From the human T2T-CHM13v2.0 reference genome, Homo sapiens: a stretch of 64,000 nt of DNA. The translations under genes and the position numbers were made by a program. Location of the stretch: assembly GCF_009914755.1 (NCBI RefSeq), contig NC_060945.1. One strand, written 5' to 3'. Every line of letters begins with the position of its first letter. The first letter of the stretch is position 1. Below the pieces are notes generated by a model that ran no database searches, was not told the origin of the DNA, and worked only from the letters and a program-made list of their open reading frames with translations. Positions 12,882 to 26,481 of the stretch are shown here, one piece after another.

Positions 12882-13985
12882 TTAAGAAAATATAAAATGT
12901 ATATATAACCATGAATAGTATTGTTAACTATTACAGAAAAATATTGTACCAAGAATTGCAGCTACATTTAAAGTTAATAATGTTCTTTTATATTTAGAAC
13001 CATTTGCTGGGATTTAATCATGAATAAAACTCACAGAAATAAAAGTTTTGTTACAAAGTAATAATGTTCTTTGAAGGTCCAATTATTTCTTACATAGGAT
13101 CCTTCCATGTCACATATTATGACTGAGAAATATCACTCTAGTCCTCTTATGAAAACTTATTTTAGATAACAGCCTTTGAAAGAAAAACACAGAAAAGCAA
13201 CTGAAACTAGCTTAGTAACATGGAATGTTAGAGGTAGAGCCAGTGGAATCAAAGAATGGGATGAGCAGGAAAGAGCTAATCCTCAAAGTACTGGCTTCAA
13301 GGCAGTTGATGTCCATCTGTCATCTATGCTGTATGCATCTGACTTAGTTCTTTCTGGCTGCATATTTGCTTCCTAAATACCTTGGGAATGTGAGCACCAA
13401 CAAGTGCAATTTAGCACTCGTGGGTGCCAAGTGACTTAATTTAAAACCATTTAATTCTTACTATCACAGAAGGACTCTTGATATTGTTATTCACAGTGAA
13501 AGTATTCCAGTGGAGGGAAAAATATCTATTGGCTTGTTAAGGTTAAAACTCACCAAAGATCACTGAATGAATTGTGGTTGGCTCTGTAAGCAAATACTAG
13601 GAAAGATTAGGTTCATTGTTTACTCCAGGGGTAAGTCAACTATAGCTAGAGTTGTGTAGTTAGGGAAGGATTAGATCCCATTTTCACCAAGTATTTGGAA
13701 AAAAATGAAAGGTGGTCATGATAAGAGAAGGGCTCTGGTCAAAAGGGAATATGATAGTTCTCCATAACGGCTAGACAATAATATGGAAGCCAACTCATTT
13801 TTTTTAACATTGTAATAAAAAAATTCATATTAATTTTAAGCAAAAAGAAAAAATAAACCATATCAGTTTGTCTTATCTCTGAACTCTCGAGCTATGCCAG
13901 GCAATACATTCCATTACATGTAATGTGCCTTGTAGCATTTGAAAATGTACTCCACGTTACACACCATGTTTTTTCAGCATTGCAT

Positions 13986-14083
13986 TTACACCTCAACATT
14001 CTGCTTCTTTTCCTCCTCGGTGAACTCTGGCTTGATATTACATCCATTAAAATCGATGCCAAGGATCGAGCAAAATCCTCTAG
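13986..14083 (-). other. Candidate terminal exon (coding part) of a minus-strand transcript
   Basis: Branch-like CTAAT, then TCGTGTTTATTTTCCATAG| acceptor; CpG-retaining unique sequence; phase-1 frame (S)RGFCSILGIDFNGCNIKPEFTEEEKKQNVEV*. Confidence 0.35.
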
Positions 14084-14618
14084 CTATGGAAAATAAACAC
14101 GAATTAGATTGGAAGAATGGATCAATCACTTCTGTACTAACTGTATTTATGTTTTCATACTTTGAATTTTCACTTATCTTTGTGGCCACATCAGTTTTCA
14201 TTTTTAAATTTTAGGTAAGTTATTTTATATACCATTTGTTTATATACTAAATTATTTTCTTTATTTTTATTACATAAAATATTATCAAGCCAGATCTAGA
14301 GTTAATTGGATATATTTTTAACAGAAAAATTTTGTACCAATGTAATTGTTTTAATCTATTACTCTCATCTTTTGAGTTTTTATATGTTCATTTACTTTCA
14401 ATTTTATTCTTTTACCATTTAGTCTTTTCCTATAATTTTATTTTCAAGTTTTATGAGTAAGACTTGTAAATTTAAATTTCAAAACTTGGCTGAGATCAAT
14501 ACTTTAAGTTTATCACCTTCTACATAATATGTAAGTGTTATAAGCTTTATTTCAATGAACCAAATCCATGTTTAACCCAATTTTATTTATTTTAGCATAT
14601 TAAACATTTTGAAGTATT

Positions 14619-14864
14619 GTACTGCATGTTCTCACTTATAAGTGGGAGCTAAATGATAAGAGCACATGGACACATAGGCAGAACAACACACACTGGGGCC
14701 TACTGGAGAAGTGGGGAGGAAGAGGATCAGGAAAAATAACTAATGGATACCAGGCTTAATAACTGGGTGACAAAATAATCTGTATAACAAACCCCCACGA
14801 CAAACATTTCCCTATGTAACAAACTTGCACATGTACCCCTGAACTCAAAATGAACATCTAAAAA
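14619..14864 (+). mobile_element. L1PA13-16-like 3' end fragment
   Basis: CATGTTCTCACTTATAAGTGGGAGCTAAATGA...GTAACAAACTTGCACATGTACCCCTGAAC. Confidence 0.85.
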
Positions 14865-15153
14865 GATATATATTTACATACACACACACACATATATAAT
14901 TTCATGAATGTTATCAGTTTATAGCAGTATATGGTAAATCTACGTATATATTTTAATCTATGCTGGATTCTAGTGACCACTTCTTTTTCTAAGTATTTAA
15001 ATTATATATAAGATATACCAATATCATATATTTCATCATATAAGTTTCATCACATTGAGCTATAATTCAAAGAATTTGCTGTGTTCTATTACCTGTGAAT
15101 AAATTTCCTGTTTATATTTTGGCTAGCTACGCACTACTCCTCAATTACTAATA

Positions 15154-15598
15154 CAATTGGCTCTTGCACAATGCGGAAGTTAGGGAAACTGACCTCTGCA
15201 CAGTTGAAAATCCACATATAACATTTGACTTCCCCAACTGAACTAATGAACTACTAATAGCCTATTATTGACCCAAAGTCTTGCATATATACAGTTGATT
15301 AATACATAATTTGCATATGTATTATATATGGTAGTCTTACAATAGAGTAAGACAGAACAAAATAAAATATTGAGAAAATATTAAGAGATTCCTAAGAAAG
15401 ATAAAATATATTTACTGTTTATTAAGTGGAAGTGGGTCATCATAAAGGTCTTCATTGTCATTGTGTTTGTGTTGAGTAGACTGAGGAAGAGGAGGAAGAA
15501 GAGGGATTGGTCTTGTCTCAGAGGTGGCAGGGGCAGAAGAAAATCCGTGTGTAAGTGAACCCACACCTTTCAAACTCGTGTTGTTGAAGGGTCAACTG
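15154..15598 (-). mobile_element. Tigger2a-like TcMar DNA transposon
   Basis: Terminal inverted repeats CA(A/G)TTG(G/A)C...TTG / AAGGGTCAACTG; TA TSD on both sides. Confidence 0.85.
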
Positions 15599-15682
15599 TA
15601 TAATACAAAGAGGCATTCTGCAATCACATGTGTAAGCTATTTAAAATACTGGAAGTGAAAAAAAAAAGAAAAAAGAAACAAA

Positions 15683-15982
15683 GGCCAGGCGTGGTGGCTC
15701 CCGCCTGTAATCCCAGCACTTTGGGAGGCCGAGGCGGGTGGATCATGAGGTCAGGAGATCGAGACCATCCTGGCTAACATGGTGAAACCCCGTCTCTACT
15801 AAAAATACAAAAAATTAGCTGGGTGTGGTGGCGGGCACTGTAGTCTTAGCTGCTGGGGAGGCTAAGGCAGGAGAATGGGGTGAACCAGGGAGGCAGAGCT
15901 TGCAGTGAGCCGAAATCACACCACCGCACTCCAGCCTGGGCGACAGAGCGAGACTCCGTCTCAAAAAAAAAAAAAAAAAAAA
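15683..15982 (+). mobile_element. AluY
   Basis: ACCATCCTGGCTAAC, GAATGGGGTGAACC, GAGCTTGCAG diagnostics; long pure A tail; 17-bp TSD AAAATACTGGAA(G/A)TGAA. Confidence 0.95.
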
Positions 15983-16356
15983 AAAATACTGGAAATGAAG
16001 TAATTTTTTTTTGAGCGAACAAAGTTTATATCAAGAAAAGGGGTAAATATTTAAAAACTGAGTTTCTCAAGTAGTGTCTCCCTTTCATTCTCCTTGCAGA
16101 TAAACTTTCAAACCATAGAATATTTCTCCACGACCTGAAGAATCAGGATCAAGCTCTCAAAATTCCTCAGTGAGTCTTTCTGACAGGTCGTAGGGATGAC
16201 CTCTTGAACATGGCCAAGATGTTTTGGTTGCTCATCCTATCATGATGTCCTGTCCATCTTTCAGAAATGGAACCCATATTGATGGATTCAATGTAGGCAA
16301 AATTCCACTATCTACCAGATAGCTGTGCGTTCTTCATTTTTCAGGGAGAAACAGGG

Positions 16357-16730
16357 TTGTAGATTAGAATATGGTACAGCAAATATTCACCTCCTCTCCC
16401 ACTCCCAGTTTCCTGGAAAGAATATGCTTCCTGTCTCTTTGATGCTGAGCTTAGTTCTGTGACTTGTTTTGGCCTCATAGTAAGTAGAGCATGCTGTCCT
16501 GTCTCTTGACCTGGGCTTGGCGAAACATTTAAGTTGCTTTGGCCAATGGGGTGTTAGCAGACATGATGCAAGACTTGAAACAAGGTTGCATTAGTTTCAC
16601 TATAGCAAGAACAAGCCTTGAGTAAGCTCTTGTTTAAGGAGGAGGACACAGGCAGAGAGTACATGCTAGATCTGGCTTGTAGCCAAGGCAACTGAGTCCT
16701 AAACGACCCACAGATATGGGACAAATAAAT
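16357..16730 (+). mobile_element. Old MaLR LTR (MLT1I/J-like)
   Basis: TGTGACTTGTTTTGGCC and TGCTTTGGCCAATGG motifs; AATAAA near the end; boundaries approximate. Confidence 0.55.
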
Positions 16731-16847
16731 GGAAAAAAAAAAAAAGTTTGCTTTTCTTCATTTGTTTTTTAATCATTGCTTCTCCAGACAAGATTTTTGT
16801 TCAGCCTTTGCTAAGTACATTCCTCCTGACTATAACAAGGTTATTAT

Positions 16848-16930
16848 CTTTTTTTAATATATGCTTTAAGTTCTGGGGTACATGTGCACAACACGAAGGT
16901 TTGTTACATAGGTATACATGTGCCATGTTG
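16848..16930 (-). mobile_element. L1PA 3'-terminal stub
   Basis: TTTAAGTTCTGGGGTACATGTGCACAAC...GTATACATGTGCCATG. Confidence 0.85.
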
Positions 16931-17182
16931 TGAAATAAATTTTAATTTGGAAACATGACTTAAAATAGTGAAATCATCTGTTCTAAATTACTGCTTTAAT
17001 GTGTCTTGAATTATGAGTTATAATGTTTATTTTATTCAGCTTTCAGGTACTTTTCATTTGTAGAGTAAATGGCATTAATTAACAGTAGTTGAGAGTTTAG
17101 TAGCATATCTCTCGGTTTTCTAAAATTATGCTACCATTTATTACTTACAAAAAATAATTCATATGTATCCAGTAATGCCTAT

Positions 17183-17525
17183 TTTAAACTTTATTTATTA
17201 TATAATATTATATATTATATATTTTATATATTATATATTTTTATATATAAAATGTATATTTATATATTGTATATTTTATATATAATATATAATATTATAT
17301 ATAATATAATATTATATATTTATTTATTTAATAAATTATTATATATTATTAATTATATATTTAATAATTATATAATTATTAAATATAAATATAAATTATT
17401 TAATTATATTTAATAATTATATAATTATTAAATTAAATATAAATATAATTAAATTATTATATATTTAATATAATATATATTTATTATATAATATTATATA
17501 TTATATTTAAACTTAATTTATTATA
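17183..17525. repeat. AT-rich low-complexity island with 20-bp flanking direct repeats
   Basis: ~300 bp of almost pure A/T between TTTAAACTT(T/A)ATTTATTATA copies. Confidence 0.9.
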
Positions 17526-18459
17526 AAATTACAAATTTTAAAGTGGCTCATTAGCCACTTTCTTTTGATGTGAGAAACTTCAAAGTTTCTGAACATTTAA
17601 AAGATTTAAGGCATCCTCAATTTTACCTTTAGCTAGATGGTCAGATTTCTCTGAAGAATCATGTCTCATATTTTCATTACTGTCACTGATCACTGATCCT
17701 AATGTGGTCCTATATGAAATTATCAACATATGCTTATTAGATGATAGAAAAGCCAAAGAAAAACATGGATCAGCAAAATATAATTGCTACAAAGACACAC
17801 ATTCAGGCATACAGAAAGATGATCAAAAAGGTCTAAAGAAGTAATCATATTATTTTAAGAAAAAGTATTATCAGCATCTATACAGAAAAAGTTCAGTAAT
17901 TTCCTGGCTGTTCACGAAATGTAATGAAACCTGTAGAACACTGAAAGGGAGACATAATAGTATGAATTTACTTTCCTCTATGTAGTGTTTCTTCTTTCTT
18001 TTCTTCCAAGTCTTTTTTCAAACCTTTTCAAGTTCTTTTAAACCCTAGTGATGTACAGACAGTACTGAAGTGCATTTTTACTTGCCAAATTGATTCAGCT
18101 TCTAAGCAATCTTTAGAATTCAAATAAAATTCACTATTCTGCTGACTCTAGCTAAATGCTTTTCTCATAAATGCATTTTAAATCATGTAAAAGAAAGAAT
18201 CTGCAATTTATACAGTTGCTAAAAATTCATGATTAGTGATCATTTATGATCTCATTTTAGATTACTTATCTTATTAAGAAGAGTTTTTTGCTGTCATATT
18301 TTAAAAATCCCAGGTTGGTATTTAAACTTTTTTGAGGACAAGTGAGTACTGTTTGAGTAAAATTCACTAATTGAGGGAAAAATGTGTCTCTATCATGATG
18401 CTATAGATGTTATAAAAAGCAATTGTCACCCACATGTTCAGTGCATTAAGAACTTATAA

Positions 18460-18618
18460 CCAGGTGTGAACTAGTATCCCAGCTCCTCAAGAGGGTGAGG
18501 CAGGAAGATCACTTGAGCCCAAGGAGTTCAAGGCTGCAGCATGCTATGATTTTACCTGTGAATAGCCACTGCACACCAACCTACATGACATAGAGATTTT
18601 GTTTCTAAATAAATAAAT
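18460..18618 (+). mobile_element. FAM (fossil Alu monomer)
   Basis: Monomer retaining the 7SL-derived CTATGAT...CCTGTGAATAGCCACTGCAC segment absent from dimeric Alus. Confidence 0.8.
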
Positions 18619-18679
18619 ACACGTACACATACACACAATATATACATCTATATATATGTATATGAAGAGAGACTAGACT

Positions 18680-18845
18680 CAGTATAGCACAGCTTTTCAG
18701 TATGACAAATGTGTGTCTAAATCTTCTCTCTCTCTCATCTATTAGCTCTATGATATAGCTGTCAACTTACTCAATTGTAAATTGAAACTGCATCTTGCTC
18801 ACTAGATTATGAGAATTAAATGAGATGCACCTTAAAGCTTGGTAT
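18680..18845 (+). mobile_element. MIR fragment
   Basis: Degenerate core and GATTATGAGAATTAAATGAGATG tail. Confidence 0.55.
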
Positions 18846-18950
18846 TTAAAATGCTTTAAACTAATGTCACTTTATTTTATATTTTCTAGATACATACGGA
18901 CAAACTCTTCTCTCTGTGACTCATAAACAAGTAAAAATTCATTTTTCTTT

Positions 18951-19432
18951 CTCATTAGTTTGCTAGGATTGACATAACAGAGTAGCACAAATTGGGTGGA
19001 TTAAATCAATAGAAACATATTCTTTAACAGTTCCAGAGGCGAGATGTCTGAAAGGGAGATATTGGTAGGTCAATGCATCCTCTAAAGCTCACAGGGGACA
19101 TTCTGTTTAATGCATTTCTCTTAACTTTTGGGGCTGGTAGAACTCCTGGAAGTTCTTTGGCTTGCAGCTACATGAATCTCATCTTTGCCTGGATCTTCAC
19201 ATGGTGGTTTTCCCTCTGTGCCCGTGTCTCTGTGTTTTCACATTGCCGTCTCCTCTTTACAAAGGGCACCAGTTATATTGGAGTAGGGCCCACACAAATG
19301 ATGTAATCTTAACTCGATTATGTCTGCATAACTCGATTACATCAGATAAAGTCACATCCACGGATAATAAGGATTAGGATTTCAACCTATTTTATTTTCA
19401 GGGATGGTGGGGACACAATTCAACCCACAGCA
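18951..19432 (-). mobile_element. MaLR solo LTR, MLT1C-like
   Basis: ATTAGTTTGCTAGG...CACAAATTGGGTGG start; GGGACACAATTCAACCCACAGCA end. Confidence 0.85.
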
Positions 19433-20539
19433 CTTTTTATTTTAAGGCGCATATTCCAATTTCAGCCAACACTGCAATATTTCTCTCCTCAACTCATACA
19501 CTCTCTGCCCTTGGACATAAAAATCAGATAAGCCTCCAGACAATTATAGAAATACTACATTTACCATTGTATTATCATGTAGAATGTTTTTCTGCTTTAT
19601 TCATTTTTATAGCACACAATGTAATTTTTACAGGTAACAAGTTATTAAAAACATGATTCTAACATGTCATTTATTAAACAAAATATACAAAACACATTAT
19701 ATTAAATATTATAAAAACTAAAACTCTGGCCCTTTTCCTCAATTTTTGTTGGAAAAAATAAGACATCCTCCCTGCTTTGACATATTGTGTCCTTTGAAGC
19801 AACAGTGAAGTGAACCATTAAAAACTAAAACACTCCATTGAACTGAAAAACAAACTCTGATTGGGAAAGCTAATGCCTTAGGAAAAAGCAGGTTTTATAA
19901 TTTCTGATTTCATGTCTTCTTGTGTCTTTGATGGATGATGAGAAAAGCTAAATTCTAAATGAAAATGCCACAGTGACTGCAATACTATTACTTCTTGTTT
20001 TGCATACCAACAGAAGTTTTAAAAATGTCCAAAAATGCACACCAAATAGAAGGTGACAGGACAGCAAGAAATACAACCACATTGGATGTGCCATTTCATA
20101 GTTCATTTCCTAATGGTAAATGAGACTTACATATTTCACAGGCCTTCAATTTACTTGAAAAAACAGAAACAAATATGCTCTTGAATTGCTCATGAGTTTT
20201 TTTCCATGTTTTCAAATATAAAACTAATTCATAATAATTCATAATTAATACGCTTCTCAATTTTGGCTATTTATGTCATGTTAACAGCAGAAATTGATAT
20301 GAGTTTCACAAATAAATGACTACCTGAGGCAGGTAGTTTATTGCCAAAGTAAAAGAGTCCTTTTACCACATTGGCTGGGGACAATAGAGTCATAGCCATT
20401 CTTCATTCGAAAGGAAGATATTGTCTTAGAATATATATTCATGACCCAAAACATGTACCTTATTCATGAAATCAATAAAAGAATAAAAGCAAGGTAATAG
20501 GGAATTCTAAGTGCCCAAGAAGATAGCAGAATATGTGAA

Positions 20540-21345
20540 CATTAAGTAGGGTAAATAGGGCAGACTTAACAGTGAAGATAAAATTTGAGCAAAGGTATGA
20601 AGAAGGTTAGGCAGTTGGCCCAATTGACATTCAAGGCAAGAACTTCCCAGGCGAAGGAACTAGCTAGAGTAAATATCCTACAGCAGGAGTTCCTGGTGCA
20701 TATGCAGGAGAACAAACAAGCTAAAAATGAAAAGACAAGGGGAGAGAAGTAGAAAAAAGTATCAGAAGGATAACAGGGCACCAGAGTTTGTAGAGTTTCA
20801 TTAATTCATAGCTATCACCTTGGAAAGCCACAGCGGTGTGCTGGGGAGTGGGTGTAGTAACATGCCCGGTCTTTTGCTTAAAAAGTATAATTTTAGTTAC
20901 CTAGATAAGAATAGATTGCAGGGGCAATGGAAAAAGCACAGAAACCTGTTGGATGGTATTGAAATGATCCTACAAAGTAATGATGCTTGATTGCACTACT
21001 GAAGTAGATGGTGAGAAGCAGTAGGATTCTGGTTATATCTTGAAAATAGGCTTGGCATGATTTTCTGATTGATTAGATGTAGAGTGAGAAAGAAAATTGT
21101 GTGTTTATGTGTGCATGTGTATGAGTACCTGTGTATGTTTGTCAGTGAGAAAGACAGACACAGACAGAAAGTCAAGGATACTTCTAATTCTAGAATTTGA
21201 GCTTCAGCACTGGAAACTATCATCAACTACAAGGGGAAATTGTGAGCAGATCAAATGTGAGCGCATGTGTGTGATTTTGGAGTGAGGCTCTCAAGAGCTC
21301 AGCTTTGGATCTCTTAAGTTGGAGAAATGTATTTGTTATTCATTT
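20540..21345 (-). mobile_element. L2 (L2a-like) fragment
   Basis: Purine-rich antisense L2 text (ATTTGAGCAAAG, GATTCTGGTTATATCTTGAA, GTCAAGGATAC). Confidence 0.7.
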
Positions 21346-21910
21346 TACGGAAGTTAGTGATGTCAGAATTTTGTACCTTGTGCTTATACTCTGTCCCTAT
21401 ATCCTGACCATGGAAGAATCAAATGAAAAGACATATGGAAGTGCAAGATGGTAGATTAGAAGATAGAATCACATCCTACTGCAGGTTGTGAGCCAAGCCA
21501 TTAGCCCAACCTAAGTTTGAGCAGAGAAATACATTTTAAATTGGATAAGAGATGAGAGATTTAAATTGAACCAGATTAGATTTTGTAATATCTGAATGTA
21601 ACTGGAGCTTTTGCTTCAGATATAATTAACTGTAGAGATAAGGATTACAGAATATGCATGAAATAAATATTAAAATAAAACACAATATTTTCCAGTTTAT
21701 ACCCCACTCAGATCAAATCACTTAAATGTGTTTCTGATACATTTATTATAGTCAAATATATATGCAACAGGCAATAAATCTATAGGAACATGAGCCTATC
21801 AAGTATGTATTTGCCATCTAGAGTGATAGAAAGATGAATATTTAATAATTGGCCACGTGTAAATCAAGACAAAATTGAGATACATTAAAGTATGTTTAAG
21901 AAGAGGTGTT

Positions 21911-22270
<360 letters not shown>

Positions 22271-23058
22271 TTAAATATTAAAAATAAGACTGAAAGTATG
22301 GGTTATAGGAATATTTTATCAGGTGAGATGATAAAATGAGTTTCTGAATGCAATAAGGAATAAGGATGCTATTTTCCAGTTATTGAGAATCTATTATTTT
22401 TAACGTAGGAAGATACTTGTTATTCCATTAACAGGAGATTTTTAAATGCATTTTTTAATGTTTTCACAACTATGAGAAATTTAACCTGTTTTTAGTAATA
22501 GATGAGATTTACAGAGAAACATCTCCTAGTAAAGTTTACATAAAAATACAGGATTCAATGGTAAAAGAGAACATATTTTAAGCTTGGGTAAGGCTTATGA
22601 TAAAATAAAAGTGCTGATCAGATATTAGACAAATAGGAAGCAAAGTGGAAAAAAAACCCCATAATTCCTGGGGATTTGGGAGGACACCGATCAGGGCAAG
22701 TTAGAAGGCAGAATCAGGGAATTTTGCATGAAGAAAAAAAAGTACCTCTGCAGGAAAATATCAATGGACAACTAGAAAAATGACAGACAAAAACACAAAA
22801 GCAAACAAACAACAAAATCATCAACAGAAATGACTTGTTTTCATTGAATAGAAAAAAGCAAACAAAAAGACACTCCTTATAAATAAACCCTATTTTAAAT
22901 TCCAATTCTTGACTTGGAGTAACATTCAGATGGAAGCTTGCATTCACAGACCTGTGTGGTGTCAAAAAATTTAATTATTTTGATATGAAGATCTGGCATT
23001 GATTATGACCCCAGATCCTGGAAGAGTCATGTGCAAATACACATTCAAAAAATTAATT

Positions 23059-23364
<306 letters not shown>

Positions 23365-23604
23365 TTAATTATAAAATTCCCCTCAAATAAAAATTTTTCA
23401 TAGGTAAACATCTAAAAAATATGAACTCACACATACATATCACTAAAAATAGAAAACAAGCCCACATGGCTGAAATAAAAACACATAGATTTGATAGAGA
23501 ATTTTAATAAAAAAGAAGGTATTTAAATATAAAGGCGAAAAAGAGGTGAATGAAAAGACCAGAAAGATCTGAAACAAACAAAAATAACTTCTAGAATTGA
23601 CTAG

Positions 23605-23606
<2 letters not shown>

Positions 23607-23637
<31 letters not shown>
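23607..23637. repeat. (AC)15 microsatellite
   Basis: Direct reading. Confidence 0.95.
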
Positions 23638-23641
<4 letters not shown>

Positions 23642-24599
23642 AGAATGTAGTTCCGTTTCTGGTTTTGATATATAAAAAGATAAAAAAAAAACTTCCACTA
23701 TTGTTAAAATACAAAGAAACAAAAGAAATAAAATAAGCCAAAATATTACATTAATATATTATTTAAAGCCATCAAGTTGCTATGGACACAAATTGATGAA
23801 ATAACTAATCTCCAAGATTCAAGCTATGAAGTTTCTAAATAAACAAGTTATGGAGGATATTTCACTACCTCCTGATAGTTGCTGAGGTCAGGCAAGGCAG
23901 GCAGGGAAATAAACCTACCGGAGAAGGAAGGTCTTTATTCAACTGAAAAGAAGCCAGTAAAACTTAAGGCAAAACCATGTGCTACAGCATTCTAGTTGTC
24001 TTAAAGGAAACATTTTGAAAAATAAAATAATTTTCTACAAGTAATGTTTTACAGAGAAATACCATTGAGAAAGCAGATGAAGGTGGGGTAGAAATAGAGG
24101 GCATCATTAGAACTCACAATCTCATAGTCTTGAAGTGATGGGCTCTTACAGTCCTGTGGCTTAATCATTTCTCAGTTTGATAATTTCAAGCTCACAATCT
24201 GCCAAAGAAAAGTTTCATCATCTCATGCTTCAGGTTGTCTCAAAGTGACAGTCATGAAATTAAAGAACTCAAAATACTGCTATCCTGAGTTTTAGTAATC
24301 TCTTGATTTAACAGTCTCATGCTTTCAGAGAGTGAAGCAATAACACCATAAAATATTTATGGGTTTAAAGTCTAGTCAGTTCAAGTGACTGGTCCTAGAT
24401 GCTCCTAGAAGAGTATCTGATCACATCTTCAAAATTGTAGGAGTCTGAGGGGAAGTGAGGCTAAATATAGATGCAAACACATTTCCATACAATTTAACCA
24501 CTGATAAAATTAAAACTATGAGCTCAATGACAGTAGTAAAAGTTGGGACCTCATTTGAAAAGCAAACAAACATCTCCCTATATTCCTGATGTTTGAACC

Positions 24600-25980
24600 C
24601 CAAGTCCTTAATTAAGATGATTAAGCAGAACCCAGCTGCCATGTATTGGTCCTCTTCATGAGTTCTCCCTGGCTTCCCATCAGAGGAAAAGGCATACTCC
24701 TCATTCCTGGAACTGAGTGAAGTGGTGACATATACTTGCTTCAATTTCAGAATTGCTATGGACCCAATACTGCGATATGCCTCCCATTTCTCTCTTTCCC
24801 TTTTCAAATGATAGTGTCTACTTTTATTATTCTGTCCTTTGCTCACAGTTGTATGTTGGATCTATTGTGTGAGAGGGCAGGGACTTAGGGTTACATATCC
24901 TGGTTATTTTACAGCTGTTTGTATCTGAAATTGCCCACCTGAGAGCCACCCCAAGAGTCTCCGCCTCATGTAGATTTAATTTTGATAATGAGCTCTTAGA
25001 TTTCAACCCAGAGTTGATGTTACAATAAGATGAAATTTTGGGATATTGTGAAAGTATGAGTTTGTATGTCAGGGCACACTCTGTACTGTAGAGGTAAATT
25101 ATTGGGAAATTAAAGTTGCCATAAAATATTTGCCACTTCTACCATAAGGAAATTCATTTCCCTCTCCTGTGAATTTTGGCTGACCTTGTTATGAGTTTGC
25201 CTGGAAGAATGGAACAGAAACAATAATCTGCCCATTTTGGACCTAGATTTTAAGAGTCCTGGATGCTCCTTTAAAAAAAAAAAATCAAAGATGGTGTATT
25301 AGTCCATTCACACTGCTAATAAAGACATACCTGAGACTGGGTAATTTATCAAGGAAAGGGGTTTAATTGACTGACAGTTCACCATGGCTGGGGAGGCCTC
25401 AGGAAACTTACAATCATGGCAGAAAGGGAAGCAAACACATCCTTCTTCACACGGCAGCAGCAAAGACAGCAAAAGGGGAAAGCCCGTTATAACACCATCA
25501 GATCTTGTGAGAACTCATTAACTATCATTAGAAAAGTCTGGGGTAAACTGACCCCATGATCCAATTATCTCCACCTGGTCCCACTCTTGACTGATGGGAA
25601 TTCTTACAATTCAAGATGAAATTTGGGTGGGGAGGCAGAGCCAAACCATATCAGATGGGATTTCTCTGAGAAGAGTATTCTGATGGAGAGACGATAAATA
25701 GATACACAGAGAGACAGAGAGAGAGAGAGAGAGAGAATATGAGAATATGAATGAATATAGTTTGACTTGGAAGCCTTCTAGTTACCTGAGGCAGCAGCTA
25801 TGCTAATATGGTAACTTGGATTTCCAGTCCCAGTAAGCACATGGCGATTGAAGCCAAGAACAACAATATATCTCCATACCTGAACTCAGCTCATAATACA
25901 GAATTATAAGTAAATAAATGGTAGTTGTTTTAAACCACTAGGTGTAAGGTTGGTTTGACACACCTGGAGATAATTTAAAT
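24600..25980 (+). mobile_element. MLT1-int 3' part plus MLT1G/H-like LTR (from ~25087), interrupted by THE1
   Basis: MaLR-int-like text followed by LTR text ending AATAAATGGTAGTTGTTTTAAACCACTA; left boundary approximate. Confidence 0.6.
25295..25653 (-). mobile_element. THE1C/D-like solo LTR
   Basis: TGTATTAGTCC...AGAGCCAAACCATATCA; perfect 5-bp TSD GATGG. Confidence 0.95.
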
Positions 25981-26415
25981 TCTATCTTTCCAAAGCCTTG
26001 GAAAGGCTTTAGGCCCCCTGCTTTCTGGGAGACCTTGTCCACCTCCATCTTGTACCTCTAAAGTTTCTATGTTATGTTTTTAGGTTTCAACATTTTGATT
26101 TTCTAAAGCCATGAATTTATTTCATAAATTTTCCCTTCATTATTTTAACAACCGATCCAATAGTTACTCACACTAACAAGGCATGGTAATTTTTGTGTTG
26201 CTAGCTGATAAAGATGGATGTTAATTGTTCTAGAATCTTATTCAGTAAATCAGATCCGAAGGCAGGTAGTATTGCTCCAGGATGAATCCCAGTGGCAATT
26301 ATCGATGCTTGAGTGCTTGTCAAAGCCTTTATTTATTCTTAAATTCAATTCAAATAGTCAGCTGCTCTTTCTTGTTTGTCGTTGTTTTGATTGCTTTGCT
26401 ATTTTGTTTCTTTAG

Positions 26416-26481
26416 GTTTACATATATTAACCTTAGATCCACAAGCGAGAGACTACATACAGCATCTTTCAAGAGGCTAAG
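26416..26481 (+). other. Candidate 66-nt exon on the plus strand
   Basis: ~50-nt pyrimidine-rich tract ending TTTCTTTAG|G; donor AAG|GTAAGA; one open frame (FTYINLRSTSERLHTASFKRL). Confidence 0.35.

Noticed and set aside
24421-24846. 141-aa minus-strand ORF
   Set aside because: Non-ATG start, overlaps MaLR internal-like sequence, no recognisable homology
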